This document shows, piece after piece, positions 53,826 through 62,880 of a DNA stretch of 64,000 nt. The stretch comes from FCB group bacterium (lineage in GTDB: Bacteria > Fidelibacterota > Marinisomatia > Marinisomatales > J089). The translations under genes and the position numbers were made by a program. Positions within the stretch are counted from its first letter, which is position 1. Every line of letters starts with the position of its first letter. Under the pieces are notes generated by a model that saw nothing but the letters and a program-made list of their open reading frames with translations, made no database searches and had not been told where the DNA came from. The DNA lies in NCBI GenBank assembly GCA_013152835.1, contig JAADFQ010000237.1, forward strand, positions 138 to 64,137, read 5' to 3'.

Positions 53826-54928
53826 GAGGATGATCTGACCTTTCGCTTTGAATGCAGGACGTTGCGAATGGACCCGGCCCATTCTTCAAAGGGACGCATT
53901 TCTTCAGCATACACCTGTGCTTCTTCCAGGGTAATTACGTCATCATCCAGCAGTTTAATCAGCGCCTGATCACTGGTCTGCATTCCTTCTTCTGTTGAAG
54001 TCTGAATTGCGGAACGAAGTTGATGTGATTTCCGCTCACGGATAAGATTGCGGATACTATTCGTACCCAGCATGATTTCCATGGCAGCTATCCGACCATC
54101 CCCATGCTTAGTCTTAACCAGTTTTTGGGCGACGACACCTTCCAGAGTGCTGGAAAAAATAGCTCGAATCTGGTTATGCTGACCTGAAGGAAATACGTCA
54201 ATTACCCTGTCGGCAGCTTCCGGAGCGCTGCCCGTGTGCAGAGTTCCTAAAACCAGATGACCGGTTTCCGCCGCGGTCAATGCCAGGGAAATGGTTTCCA
54301 GATCGCGCATTTCTCCTACCAAAATGACATCCGGGTCCTCGCGGAGGGCGGCACGAAGCGCATTGGAAAAAGAATTACTGTGGGTCCCAATTTCCCGCTG
54401 GGTAATTAAACATTTCTTACTTTTATGCACGAATTCAATGGGGTCTTCAATCGTTAGAATATGACCCCGCCGGGTGCTGTTTATATAGTCCACAATCGCG
54501 GCCAAGGTGGTTGATTTACCGCTGCCGGTAGCACCGGTTACCAAGATAAGTCCTTTGCGGGTTTTGGCTAATTTTTGTAATGCAGGAGGAGCGTTAATAT
54601 CGTCCAGGGTCCAAATTTTATCAGGAATCACCCGAAAAGCAGCGCCAATTCCATTGGCAAAACTAAAAACATTGATTCGAAATCGCCCAACGCCCTTAAT
54701 ATGCCAGCCCAGGTCCACTTCATGGAATTCCTCATAAATCGCGATTTGGCGTTCAGTGAGAATACCATAAATTGTATCATGTGCTTCCTGGGGCGATAGG
54801 GGCGGCTGGTCCAACCAGCGTGTTTCACCATTTTTTCTGATGATCGGCGGGTATCCAGAACTGAGATGGAAATCAGAAGCTCCGCTCCGTGAGACAGCCG
54901 TAAGGAGTTTGATCAGATTCAAAGCCAT
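53822..54928 (-). CDS. pilT: PilT retraction ATPase (second canonical copy)
   Basis: GATGSGKST, VGEMRD, LGTLHTGS and the signature NSIRNLIRERK, with a ~25-aa basic C-terminal extension. Confidence 0.9.
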   Translation of the reverse strand: MALNLIKLLTAVSRSGASDFHLSSGYPPIIRKNGETRWLDQPPLSPQEAHDTIYGILTERQIAIYEEFHEVDLGWHIKGVGRFRINVFSFANGIGAAFRVIPDKIWTLDDINAPPALQKLAKTRKGLILVTGATGSGKSTTLAAIVDYINSTRRGHILTIEDPIEFVHKSKKCLITQREIGTHSNSFSNALRAALREDPDVILVGEMRDLETISLALTAAETGHLVLGTLHTGSAPEAADRVIDVFPSGQHNQIRAIFSSTLEGVVAQKLVKTKHGDGRIAAMEIMLGTNSIRNLIRERKSHQLRSAIQTSTEEGMQTSDQALIKLLDDDVITLEEAQVYAEEMRPFEEWAGSIRNVLHSKRKVRSSS

Positions 54929-54934
54929 GAGTAA

Positions 54935-56308
54935 CTATTCCGTCTTATTATCCGAATAAATCAGGTGTGGTGTAATGAAAATTAAAAGATCGCTCTTTTG
55001 TTTTTCACTGGAATGATAGGTAAAGAGTTTTCCGATCAGAGGGATATCACCGAGAAAAGGTACTTTTTTCTCCAGTTCCCGAACGTCTTCTTTGATCAAC
55101 CCACCCATGGCGATTGTTTCGCCGTTATTGACCCGCACCTGGGTCTGGGCATTCCGTCGGGAAATTATCGGCTGATCCAGGTTGGGTCCCGAATAGCCGG
55201 TGATCCCTTCCACAGTGGGTTCCACAACCATCGTAATCTGACCGTTCTTATGGACGTGAGGGAGGACCACTAACTCAATTTTTATGGTGTATTTTTCGGC
55301 TGTTTCGGTAGCCAATGCTCCCGTGGCCCCTTGTGAAACAGTGGGTACGATGACGGTTAATTCAGTCTCAGTTGTGAAGGTAGCCCGATGATTATCCAGC
55401 GTTGCAATTCGTGGATCGGACAGGATTTTCGAATTCCCGGAAGAGCGTAGATAATCCAGGACAACCTGAAATTCCTGGAGCGTTAAAATCGCTAAATTGA
55501 GTTGTTTGAATTTTCCGATACCCAGTCCGGAGGCGCTACTACCACCACCACCGGTTCCACCTGTTGTTCCTCCCGTCCCACCGGTAGCACCACCACCACC
55601 GGCAGATACTAATCCGGTTGACGTGGCGATGGCCGGACCTCCCTGGAGGGTCGCCTTCGCCGTCCAGTCAATCCCCATATTTTCATTATTTGATAGAATG
55701 GTTTCAATGAACTTTACACTGATCATCACCTGTGGAATGGGAATATCCAACTGTTCAATCAGGGATTCGATTGATTCAAAATTGGAGGGGACATCGGTGA
55801 CTACCAGCTCGTCCGCGCGGGTTCCAGTTTCCTGATCCGTATTTTGAGAAAGTTCCGAAGATCGCTGAAATATCTGGATAGTCCCTTTTGGGGTTAATAT
55901 ATCTTCCAGAGGGCCGATTACGTCGGTGGCCGAGATATAATCCAATTGAAAAACTCGCGTAATGGTTTCGCCGGCCATTTCCGTATCCACGGGTTTTACA
56001 ATAAGAATGTTATCCTGGATCATGTAATCGAATCCGTTAGACTTCAGGATGGCATCCAATGCACCTTTCAGAGTCACATTGACGAAATGGACAGTAACCG
56101 TCCCGCTGATGTCCTCATTAACCACCAGATTAATATTGTTCTGTTCTGCTAAAAGTCGGAGGACGCTCTGTAAATCCGCATTGACAAAATCCATGGTCAG
56201 CAATTCTTTTGACCGACCCGAAGTAGGTTGCGGGTTTACCGTGCTGAGACCCTGACTAAAGCCGAAGCAGACTAGGAGGAGGAGAGGGAGTAAAAGTCGT
56301 GATTTCAT
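54935..56308 (-). CDS. pilQ: secretin (PilQ/MshL/GspD family, short form)
   Basis: Signal peptide. Secretin C-domain ...ISRRNAQTQVRVNNGETIAMGGLI...KVPFLGDIPLIGKLF...LLIFITPHLI. Gly/Thr-rich insert at aa 236-262. Confidence 0.9.
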   Translation of the reverse strand: MKSRLLLPLLLLVCFGFSQGLSTVNPQPTSGRSKELLTMDFVNADLQSVLRLLAEQNNINLVVNEDISGTVTVHFVNVTLKGALDAILKSNGFDYMIQDNILIVKPVDTEMAGETITRVFQLDYISATDVIGPLEDILTPKGTIQIFQRSSELSQNTDQETGTRADELVVTDVPSNFESIESLIEQLDIPIPQVMISVKFIETILSNNENMGIDWTAKATLQGGPAIATSTGLVSAGGGGATGGTGGTTGGTGGGGSSASGLGIGKFKQLNLAILTLQEFQVVLDYLRSSGNSKILSDPRIATLDNHRATFTTETELTVIVPTVSQGATGALATETAEKYTIKIELVVLPHVHKNGQITMVVEPTVEGITGYSGPNLDQPIISRRNAQTQVRVNNGETIAMGGLIKEDVRELEKKVPFLGDIPLIGKLFTYHSSEKQKSDLLIFITPHLIYSDNKTE

Positions 56309-56835
56309 TCTTCGGTGGTTGTTTGAAGGTTCAGAATATATTCCTTACCACCGGGAGATACCAACACCACTGAATTAGGCCGGACTTCTTTTAATTGAAG
56401 TCCATCGATTCGGTCTCCCACTTTCAAAATCGATTCATTAATCAGAACCACCGGTCGGTCTCCTCTGAATGAGATTGCCGACAGGATATAATCTTCAATA
56501 TAGACCGGATCTTCTTCAATAATGTTTTCTTCAGATTTTACCTTCACAATACCTACCGTACTCATAAACGGATCCCGTCCCCAGACGGTAGCGTAGGCGG
56601 GAATTTTTTCTGCTTTGGTTGCCTGAATGGTTTTGGGCTGGATAACCGGTGTTGATCCGCCGGAAGATGAAGAAGTCTTTCGGTTAGGAGTTGATTTTTT
56701 TGCTACCGATTCAATTTTTTTAACAAGTTCTTTGGTAGAGGGTGTTTTATTGAACATCATATCGTAACCCAGATAACTCAGTGAAACAACGAGGACGATC
56801 AATAGGATTTTCTGGGATTTGGAACCTTCGGCCAC
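56305..56835 (-). CDS. PilP/MshK/GspC-like inner-membrane-anchored protein
   Basis: N-terminal TM segment, a Ser/Thr/Pro linker, and a C-terminal beta-domain (ISFRGDRPVVLINESILKVGDRIDGLQLKEV). Its position between pilO and the secretin supports the call. Confidence 0.5.
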   Translation of the reverse strand: MAEGSKSQKILLIVLVVSLSYLGYDMMFNKTPSTKELVKKIESVAKKSTPNRKTSSSSGGSTPVIQPKTIQATKAEKIPAYATVWGRDPFMSTVGIVKVKSEENIIEEDPVYIEDYILSAISFRGDRPVVLINESILKVGDRIDGLQLKEVRPNSVVLVSPGGKEYILNLQTTTEE

Positions 56836-56837
56836 TG

Positions 56838-57392
56838 CTAAATTTTTCCCCCGGGGTTAATAACATAAAAATAAGCGCTCATTTTGGCAATAACGGTCAC
56901 ATGGTCATCGCTGCGATTCAGAGATAAATTCGAGATGTAAATATGAAACGGTAACTGATACAAAGATTCGATGAACATACCAAAATTAAGATAACTACCA
57001 TTAATCTCAATTTCTATCGGTACTTTAACAAAATAATTTGGAGATTCCAACATGGCTTGAATGGCCGGTGATATTTTGTCAATAGTCAAATCTCTGGTGA
57101 GAGCAGCCTCAACAATGTCATTAACCATTGTGGAAACCTGATCTTTTGTGGGCAGCTTCATGGAAAGGGAATCAAATTCTTCCACCATTGAACTTACGGA
57201 TGCTTTGAGACTCGGGAGACTGTTGATGGATACATTGCTCCGGCTTAATTGTCCGTTCAATTGGCTGATTTCAGTCTGAATAGTATAGATTTTGTTTACC
57301 TGAGCCTGATACATGAAAAAATACCAGGCGACAATACTGGCGATTACAGCCAGAAAGCCAAGAGCCAGGATTTGACGCGCGTTAACCTTCAT
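56838..57392 (-). CDS. pilO: PilO/MshJ-like protein
   Basis: One TM segment (ILALGFLAVIASIVAWYFF), then coiled coil and a ferredoxin-like C-terminal part. Operon position supports the call. Confidence 0.6.
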   Translation of the reverse strand: MKVNARQILALGFLAVIASIVAWYFFMYQAQVNKIYTIQTEISQLNGQLSRSNVSINSLPSLKASVSSMVEEFDSLSMKLPTKDQVSTMVNDIVEAALTRDLTIDKISPAIQAMLESPNYFVKVPIEIEINGSYLNFGMFIESLYQLPFHIYISNLSLNRSDDHVTVIAKMSAYFYVINPGGKI

Positions 57393-60300
57393 AGTCAGTG
57401 ATTTGACATTGAATGTCGAAGCGCAAACCGACGAACGAATCGGAATCCACTGGTTGGGAATCTTTCAGAATTACATTTTTCATATAACCGGAATTTTCAA
57501 GACGCATAACCAATTCCGCCAAACGTACATTGGCATCATATTTCGTTGTCTCGATATAACCGATTATGCGAACGGTAGCTTGTTTCGATGAAGTGATTTC
57601 CCCTGTATTTTCGAATGATTCCAGGGAAACGCTTTCCGGGAAAATATTGCTGATAATGCGTAAAAATTGGACATTAAAGGTGGGCTCGTTGAACATTTTT
57701 TTCAGAAGGTCCACTTTTTTTCTCGTATCTTTTTTGGTATCCTGCAAACGGATAACTTCTTTTTCCATGGGACTCATCTGATTGACGCGTTGTTTCAACG
57801 ACACCAGTTCGGAATTCACGGTTTTACCCTGCATGGAAATGGTCGTGGATAAACTGATGATGGATACAACGGCGGTAAGAAGAAACAGTCTGAAAACTGT
57901 TTTTAACGTTTTTGTTTGTGTTTCCTGAACATATTTTTCAGGGAGAAGATTCAACTCGGGTGATGTATCAATGGATATACCGGCCGGCGTAGCCAGGGCC
58001 GTCGCATTTTCTTCGAGAACATCCACATTGGCCAGTGATTTCCCAATAGACCAGAGATGTAGCGGGTTACTGACCTGCACGTCCATGTTGAGATAATCTG
58101 CCAGGAAATCGGTGATATTCAACATTCCGGCTGTGCCGCCACAGAGATAAATTTTATCAATCGGACCGAATGAAAATTCATTGGCATAATATTGTATTGA
58201 TCGCTGGATTTCCTTGGCCAGTTTTTCCATGGGAGACCGGAGACGGGAGGACAGCTGAATTAACGGTATATCTTCATCTGAAGTACGATTTTCATTTTCT
58301 TTCAAGGGAAATCCGTACTTGAATTTGAATAATTCCGCCAGATCCTCTTCCACGTTGATACGTTCCCCCCGGGAGGTTGTCATCGAACCGATCAAAGCTT
58401 CCGTGAAATCTTTCCCGGAGACGCCGATTTCACGGGCAAAACGTAAATCCTGGTCATGAATGACATTAATCATGGTGGTCTCATGTCCGATATCGATAAC
58501 CATAACATTTTGAAGGTTTTCTATGGGATAGTGACCAACATAATAGCGCCACATGGCCAGCGGTGTAGGAAGAATTTTGGTTGGGATTTTTAGACCGGAT
58601 AAAGTGCTTATTTTTCTCTCAACCATCGCTTCAAGGGCAGCAACTACCAGAATATCAAGTTTTGGTACACCATCAACAACGGTTTCTTTAATAACCTTGA
58701 AATCCAGGACCGATTCGTCTGCCGAAAAGGATAAATGTTTTTTAGTGGACCATTTGACGGCTTCCTGAAGTTCTTTTTTGCCCACTTTTGGCATTTGAAT
58801 ATTTTTAATACCAATGTCGGAGCCGCTGATCAACAAGTTAAGTTTTAATTTTTTTAAATCACTATCCGTTAATATGGATTGAACCGTCTTTTTAATAAAA
58901 GAGGCGGTCTCCTTTTCATTCCCGCGTATATTGCTGGGTATTTTGTAATATCCAAAATCCTGGATGGAAATTTCACCGCTGATATCATCCGCCAGGATAT
59001 ATTTAATGGCATAGCTGCCGATATCCAAACCGATTCTCGACCGGCTGGGATGAAATTTCTTTAGCAAATATTTTAATGAGAATTTTTTTTCTTTCTGATA
59101 TACAAAAGTGACGGTACCGGAGTCTTCCAGTTCGTCTTCAAAATCGGAAAAATCATCTTCATCGTCGGTTTTATCTGTCTTGAGTTCATCGTCCTCGTCT
59201 TCGGATTTCACATCTTCAGGAACTTCTTTATCTATATTGGCATGTTCCTGTTCGGGAGATTCAGGTTTTGGTCCTAATTCAGGTTTATGGGCACCAAAGT
59301 CAATATCTGCAAAAAGATCTTCATTTTCGTCTTGCGGAGATTCTTCCGTCTCTTTTGGTGTTGTATCTCCCGGTTCGGGATCCGGTGTTGATTTTTCATC
59401 CGCCGTTTCCTTTTGCGCTGATTCTATGGATTCTTCCTTTGCGGGTATTTCAGAATCTTTTTCCGTTAGTTTATCAGGTTCCAGGGGATCGAAATCGAAA
59501 TCCGTTGAACCTTCGGGCTGGTCCTTTTGTTTATTGTCGTCCAGTGATTGTGTTAATGCATCAAGATCAAATTTTATATCATCCGCCGCAGATTCTGATT
59601 TAACGGATGTTGTATCCAATTCTGCGGGCTCTTTATCGGAACTTGATTCCCCGGCTTTACTCGTTTCAATCGGAACGGGTTTGGTGGGTGATACAGAGGG
59701 TTGCGTTGAATCTGTCTCGATATCCGGAGCATGTTTATCCGGTTTGGTCTTCTGTTCCGGAAGTGCGGACACTTTTTCTTCCTGGCCGGATTCATCCTCA
59801 TCTTTTTTAAACATGAGTGAAAAATCTTCGCCGGAATCATCAGCGATTGAAGATTCTTCTGCCGATTCCGGTGTTTTGTCAGCAACGGATCCCGATTCCG
59901 CAGCATCAAGAGCGAATTGCAATTCTGGCAGTTCTTCACCAGAATCTTCTGAGGATATAGATTCCGAAGAATCACCATCTTCTTCTTTGGAATCGGGTTT
60001 AAAAATCAGTTCTAAATCGCGGTCTGACTCCGGTTGATCCTGAATAGTGACCTGTGATTCTGATTGGCCCAGTTCAGATTCGGATAGCGTTTGACTTTCA
60101 GGAGTCTGCGTGGTTTCCAGGCTATCTTCATCGACGGTTTCTACATCAAGATCGCCGAGCAGAAAGTCCATCACATGGCCCTTGGATTTGGAGGGCTTTG
60201 AGGCGGAGGGTTTCGGAGCTTTGGTTGGCTCTGGTTTTTTCGCAGGTTTCGGTTTCGGAACGGTACTTTTTTTTGTTTTTCGTTCCTTGGAGCCCCGATC

Positions 60301-60405
60301 TCTCAGGATATCCAGCAGTCGATTGGTGGCATTTTCCTGAAGATCAGACAAGGGCGTTCCACTTTTCCTTTTGCTTGATAATACCACGCACCATGGGACC
60401 ATCAA
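57382..60405 (-). CDS. PilM-PilN fusion (MshI/GspL-like) with ~390-aa disordered N-terminal extension
   Basis: aa ~455-830 form an actin-like PilM domain (RIGLDIGSYAIKYIL...DIGHETTMINVI...LCGGTAGM). Next come the PilN signature LNLLPEKY plus a TM segment and a PilN-like C-terminus. The N-terminal part is Lys/Pro-rich, then strongly acidic. The start is uncertain (62-nt overlap with the upstream gene; the next ATG is at 60171). Confidence 0.8.
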   Translation of the reverse strand: MMVPWCVVLSSKRKSGTPLSDLQENATNRLLDILRDRGSKERKTKKSTVPKPKPAKKPEPTKAPKPSASKPSKSKGHVMDFLLGDLDVETVDEDSLETTQTPESQTLSESELGQSESQVTIQDQPESDRDLELIFKPDSKEEDGDSSESISSEDSGEELPELQFALDAAESGSVADKTPESAEESSIADDSGEDFSLMFKKDEDESGQEEKVSALPEQKTKPDKHAPDIETDSTQPSVSPTKPVPIETSKAGESSSDKEPAELDTTSVKSESAADDIKFDLDALTQSLDDNKQKDQPEGSTDFDFDPLEPDKLTEKDSEIPAKEESIESAQKETADEKSTPDPEPGDTTPKETEESPQDENEDLFADIDFGAHKPELGPKPESPEQEHANIDKEVPEDVKSEDEDDELKTDKTDDEDDFSDFEDELEDSGTVTFVYQKEKKFSLKYLLKKFHPSRSRIGLDIGSYAIKYILADDISGEISIQDFGYYKIPSNIRGNEKETASFIKKTVQSILTDSDLKKLKLNLLISGSDIGIKNIQMPKVGKKELQEAVKWSTKKHLSFSADESVLDFKVIKETVVDGVPKLDILVVAALEAMVERKISTLSGLKIPTKILPTPLAMWRYYVGHYPIENLQNVMVIDIGHETTMINVIHDQDLRFAREIGVSGKDFTEALIGSMTTSRGERINVEEDLAELFKFKYGFPLKENENRTSDEDIPLIQLSSRLRSPMEKLAKEIQRSIQYYANEFSFGPIDKIYLCGGTAGMLNITDFLADYLNMDVQVSNPLHLWSIGKSLANVDVLEENATALATPAGISIDTSPELNLLPEKYVQETQTKTLKTVFRLFLLTAVVSIISLSTTISMQGKTVNSELVSLKQRVNQMSPMEKEVIRLQDTKKDTRKKVDLLKKMFNEPTFNVQFLRIISNIFPESVSLESFENTGEITSSKQATVRIIGYIETTKYDANVRLAELVMRLENSGYMKNVILKDSQPVDSDSFVGLRFDIQCQITDYEG

Positions 60406-61174
60406 TAACTTCCTGGTCGCTCCGAATCATGGTAATGAGTGATTCATGACACATATTAATAATTTTCCGGGGGGATCCATTCGTGACATGGTAGATCTGT
60501 TCAATGGCTTCATCGGTAAATAGTTCTCTAGAATTCGCTCCGGCTCGGGCAAGGCGAAACCGAATCAATTCTCCCGTTTCTTCCTCATTTAACGGATTAA
60601 TGGAATATCCCAGAGCGACCCGATCGTTAAAATTCGGTTTCTTTTTCAGTTTAATTAGAAATTCCGGTTGAGCAAAAATAACCACCTGGAGTAGTTTTTG
60701 TTTATTGGTTTCATAATTAAGCAGATTTCGCAGTACTTCCATAAAAGTGGGCGTCAGCATTTGTCCTTCGTCCAGTATCAATACCGGATTGCGCTCTTCG
60801 ATTAAGGAAATTTTATACAGGTGATTTTGAAGAGCATTCTTGCATTCGATAGTCGAGTTAGGGATTGATCGAACTTCAAAGACTTCCATAATCGCTTTAA
60901 TAAATTCAAACTCCGACTGAAAATTGGGATCCAATATCATCCGGAAAACGAATTTATCCGTGTCCGGTTCAAACTGTTGCAGAAGAATTCGGGACAAGGT
61001 GGTTTTTCCGGTTCCCACTGCTCCCAGAACTACGCTGAGACCACGACGCATACGGATGGCAATTTCCAATCGGTATAAGGCTTCCTGGTGTTCCCGGGAA
61101 TGATAGAAAAATTCTGGATCAGGTGTGCTGGAAAACGGTTCCTTGGTAAGTCCCAATTGTTTATAGTATTCCAT
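60344..61174 (-). CDS. ExeA/MshM-like AAA ATPase
   Basis: Walker A GAVGTGKTT and Walker B VLILDEGQ. General layout matches ExeA/GspA/MshM. Confidence 0.8.
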   Translation of the reverse strand: MEYYKQLGLTKEPFSSTPDPEFFYHSREHQEALYRLEIAIRMRRGLSVVLGAVGTGKTTLSRILLQQFEPDTDKFVFRMILDPNFQSEFEFIKAIMEVFEVRSIPNSTIECKNALQNHLYKISLIEERNPVLILDEGQMLTPTFMEVLRNLLNYETNKQKLLQVVIFAQPEFLIKLKKKPNFNDRVALGYSINPLNEEETGELIRFRLARAGANSRELFTDEAIEQIYHVTNGSPRKIINMCHESLITMIRSDQEVIDGPMVRGIIKQKEKWNALV

Positions 61175-61397
61175 TTTCTTTCCTCCATTTTATCTCACTG
61201 AGAGGGACGTGCTTGAGGCGCAGGTCAATAATCCGTTTTAATTCTTTTACCGTCTGATCATTGAAATAGCGGTAATTGCTACTTTCGCTTCGCCCTACTT
61301 CCTTAACCAGTCCGATTCGCAGGTAGTAGTTTAGCGTGTGGAGTGATAAACCGGTTTTCACGGCCAGATCGCCGATCAGATACGTATTGGAACTCAT
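61161..61397 (-). CDS. MerR-family HTH protein (78 aa)
   Basis: YLIGDLAVKTGLSLHTLNYYLRIGLV is an N-terminal MerR-type wHTH. It is the first gene of the assembly operon. Confidence 0.7.
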   Translation of the reverse strand: MSSNTYLIGDLAVKTGLSLHTLNYYLRIGLVKEVGRSESSNYRYFNDQTVKELKRIIDLRLKHVPLSEIKWRKENGIL

Positions 61398-61418
61398 ATG
61401 GATGTTGGGGGTGGGAGG

Positions 61419-61458
61419 TACTCAATGGTTATGGAGTCAGGTGTGCAACCATTGAGTA
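61419..61458. promoter_or_regulatory. 12-bp perfect inverted repeat upstream of the MerR-like gene
   Basis: TACTCAATGGTT (61419-61430) and AACCATTGAGTA (61447-61458) are separated by 16 nt. The element lies 22-61 nt upstream of the ATG at 61397. Confidence 0.45.
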
Positions 61459-61661
61459 ATTGAAAACGGACGGACTCCCATCTTGGATATTTTTTATTAT
61501 TCAAACCTTACCTCGTGGCGATATTATACGTTAATACTCAGTATAAGTACAAATATTTTTTATTTTAAAAAAATGAGGTGGCAATTTCAATCTCTGGTAT
61601 TCAATTTCTATCATGATTTTGCCCAAATACATCCCTGTTGAATTCGCGAAAGGAGTCTCTT

Positions 61662-62444
61662 TTGAGCGTGTTTGATATCGTCGCTGTTGCAGTAATCGGT
61701 TTCTTTGCTTTTAACGGACTACGAAAAGGCCTCATATCCGAACTGTTTAAAATCATCGGAGTTATCGCAGGATTGATCATAGGACTCCAGACTATTTCAA
61801 CTTCCGCTGCTTTGGTCCATCGAACTTTTTCAATGGGAACCAACGGAGAGAAAGCGTTGGGATTCATTATCGTTTTCATAGGGGTCATGGTGATTTCTCT
61901 ACTTGTTGCTCATTTTGTAAAGAATATTTTCAAATGGGTAATGTTAGGCTGGTTGGATCGTTCGGGGGGCTTGATTCTGGGCGGAGTGAAGGGAGCACTC
62001 ATTATTAGTTCCGTGATCCCATTAATTTCCCTCATGCCGGATTCAATTCCCCAGGTGAAAAATATTCGCCGTCATTCCATGGCCTATCAGTATTTAAATG
62101 GGTTTGCTCCGAAAGTATATAATACTGTAGGAACATTTATTCCAGGCTCAAAATCTTTTGCCGCCAAGCTCAAAGAGAGTTTTCCTTCTATGGATTCTTT
62201 TACGAAAATCAGTGGAGCCGGCGGTGCTGGTATCCAGGAGGAATCGTTGAAACAAATCCAGGGACTTATGGGTGGCAACGAAAATCCAACGATGGACGTT
62301 CTGAAAAAACAGCTCAAGGATATTGGCGGAATGGATAACCTCGAGGAGGTTGACCTGAAAAGTCTTAATCTGCAAAAAGCGCAGGAATTCATCGATCAAA
62401 ATGGATCATCCGGTAAATCCGGGAAAGGTCGCAGGCGGCGGTAG
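61662..62444 (+). CDS. cvpA: CvpA-family membrane protein
   Basis: AGGAG lies 6 nt before the TTG at 61662, giving MSVFDIVAVAVIGFFAFNGLRKGLI... (typical CvpA N-terminus). Four TM segments and a soluble basic tail. Confidence 0.7.
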   Translation: MSVFDIVAVAVIGFFAFNGLRKGLISELFKIIGVIAGLIIGLQTISTSAALVHRTFSMGTNGEKALGFIIVFIGVMVISLLVAHFVKNIFKWVMLGWLDRSGGLILGGVKGALIISSVIPLISLMPDSIPQVKNIRRHSMAYQYLNGFAPKVYNTVGTFIPGSKSFAAKLKESFPSMDSFTKISGAGGAGIQEESLKQIQGLMGGNENPTMDVLKKQLKDIGGMDNLEEVDLKSLNLQKAQEFIDQNGSSGKSGKGRRRR

Positions 62445-62645
62445 TTTAATTCTGTTAAATAATACTTAATTATATTTCGTTCGGTTATACTTTCTTTTTA
62501 AACTTTATCGTCGAACTGGATAGTAGCGGAAAGAAATATATTCTTTCCTCGGAATGCAGACAGGTAACTCACAACGAAATATTTCAATAAAAAATGATAA
62601 ATACTGATTGATAATGTTAAATAATGTTATATTGAATTACCGGTA

Positions 62646-62846
62646 ATGAAAAAGACCAATGAAATGCGGGTTCATTCTGTACGGCTACCGCTACGGATTT
62701 GGACGATTATGCGCAAGTTGGCTAATCAGAATTATCGGTCGTTGAACAATCAGTTCTTAAAAATTGTTGAAGACTGGATGGTAGATCGAGGGTATCTGGA
62801 AGATTCGGAACGAACGACCTTTGACGATGCCAATTCCGGTTCCTGA
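62646..62846 (+). CDS. Arc/MetJ-type ribbon-helix-helix DNA-binding protein
   Basis: VRLPLRIWTIMRKLANQNYRSLNNQFLKIVEDWM matches the Arc-like pattern (RLP..L...L...A....RS.N..I). Confidence 0.6.
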   Translation: MKKTNEMRVHSVRLPLRIWTIMRKLANQNYRSLNNQFLKIVEDWMVDRGYLEDSERTTFDDANSGS

Positions 62847-62880
62847 TTCACAGTTTATACATAATAGCATGGAGGGCGTT

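Noticed and set aside
53436-53969. 177-aa ORF on the plus strand
   Set aside because: It lies antisense to the LysM-protein and pilT genes, spans their junction, and shows no SD or recognisable motif.
55497-55835. 112-aa Pro-rich ORF on the plus strand
   Set aside because: It is the antisense of the Gly-rich (GGT/GGA) insert of the secretin gene and has no independent support.
59108-60037. 309-aa Ser-rich ORF on the plus strand
   Set aside because: It is the antisense mirror of the Asp/Glu-rich coding region of the PilM-PilN gene (GAA/GAT codons read as TTC/ATC on the other strand). It is low-complexity, has no SD, and lies entirely inside a well-supported gene.
1-61397. Treating the cytochrome block and the pilus supercluster as one integrated electron-transfer system
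   Set aside because: They are separated by ~16 kb of unrelated signalling and housekeeping genes. They have separate regulators and promoters. Only the shared GGAATA/TATTCC half-site and the His-rich pilin hint at a link, so it is kept as a low-confidence idea within individual findings rather than a claim.
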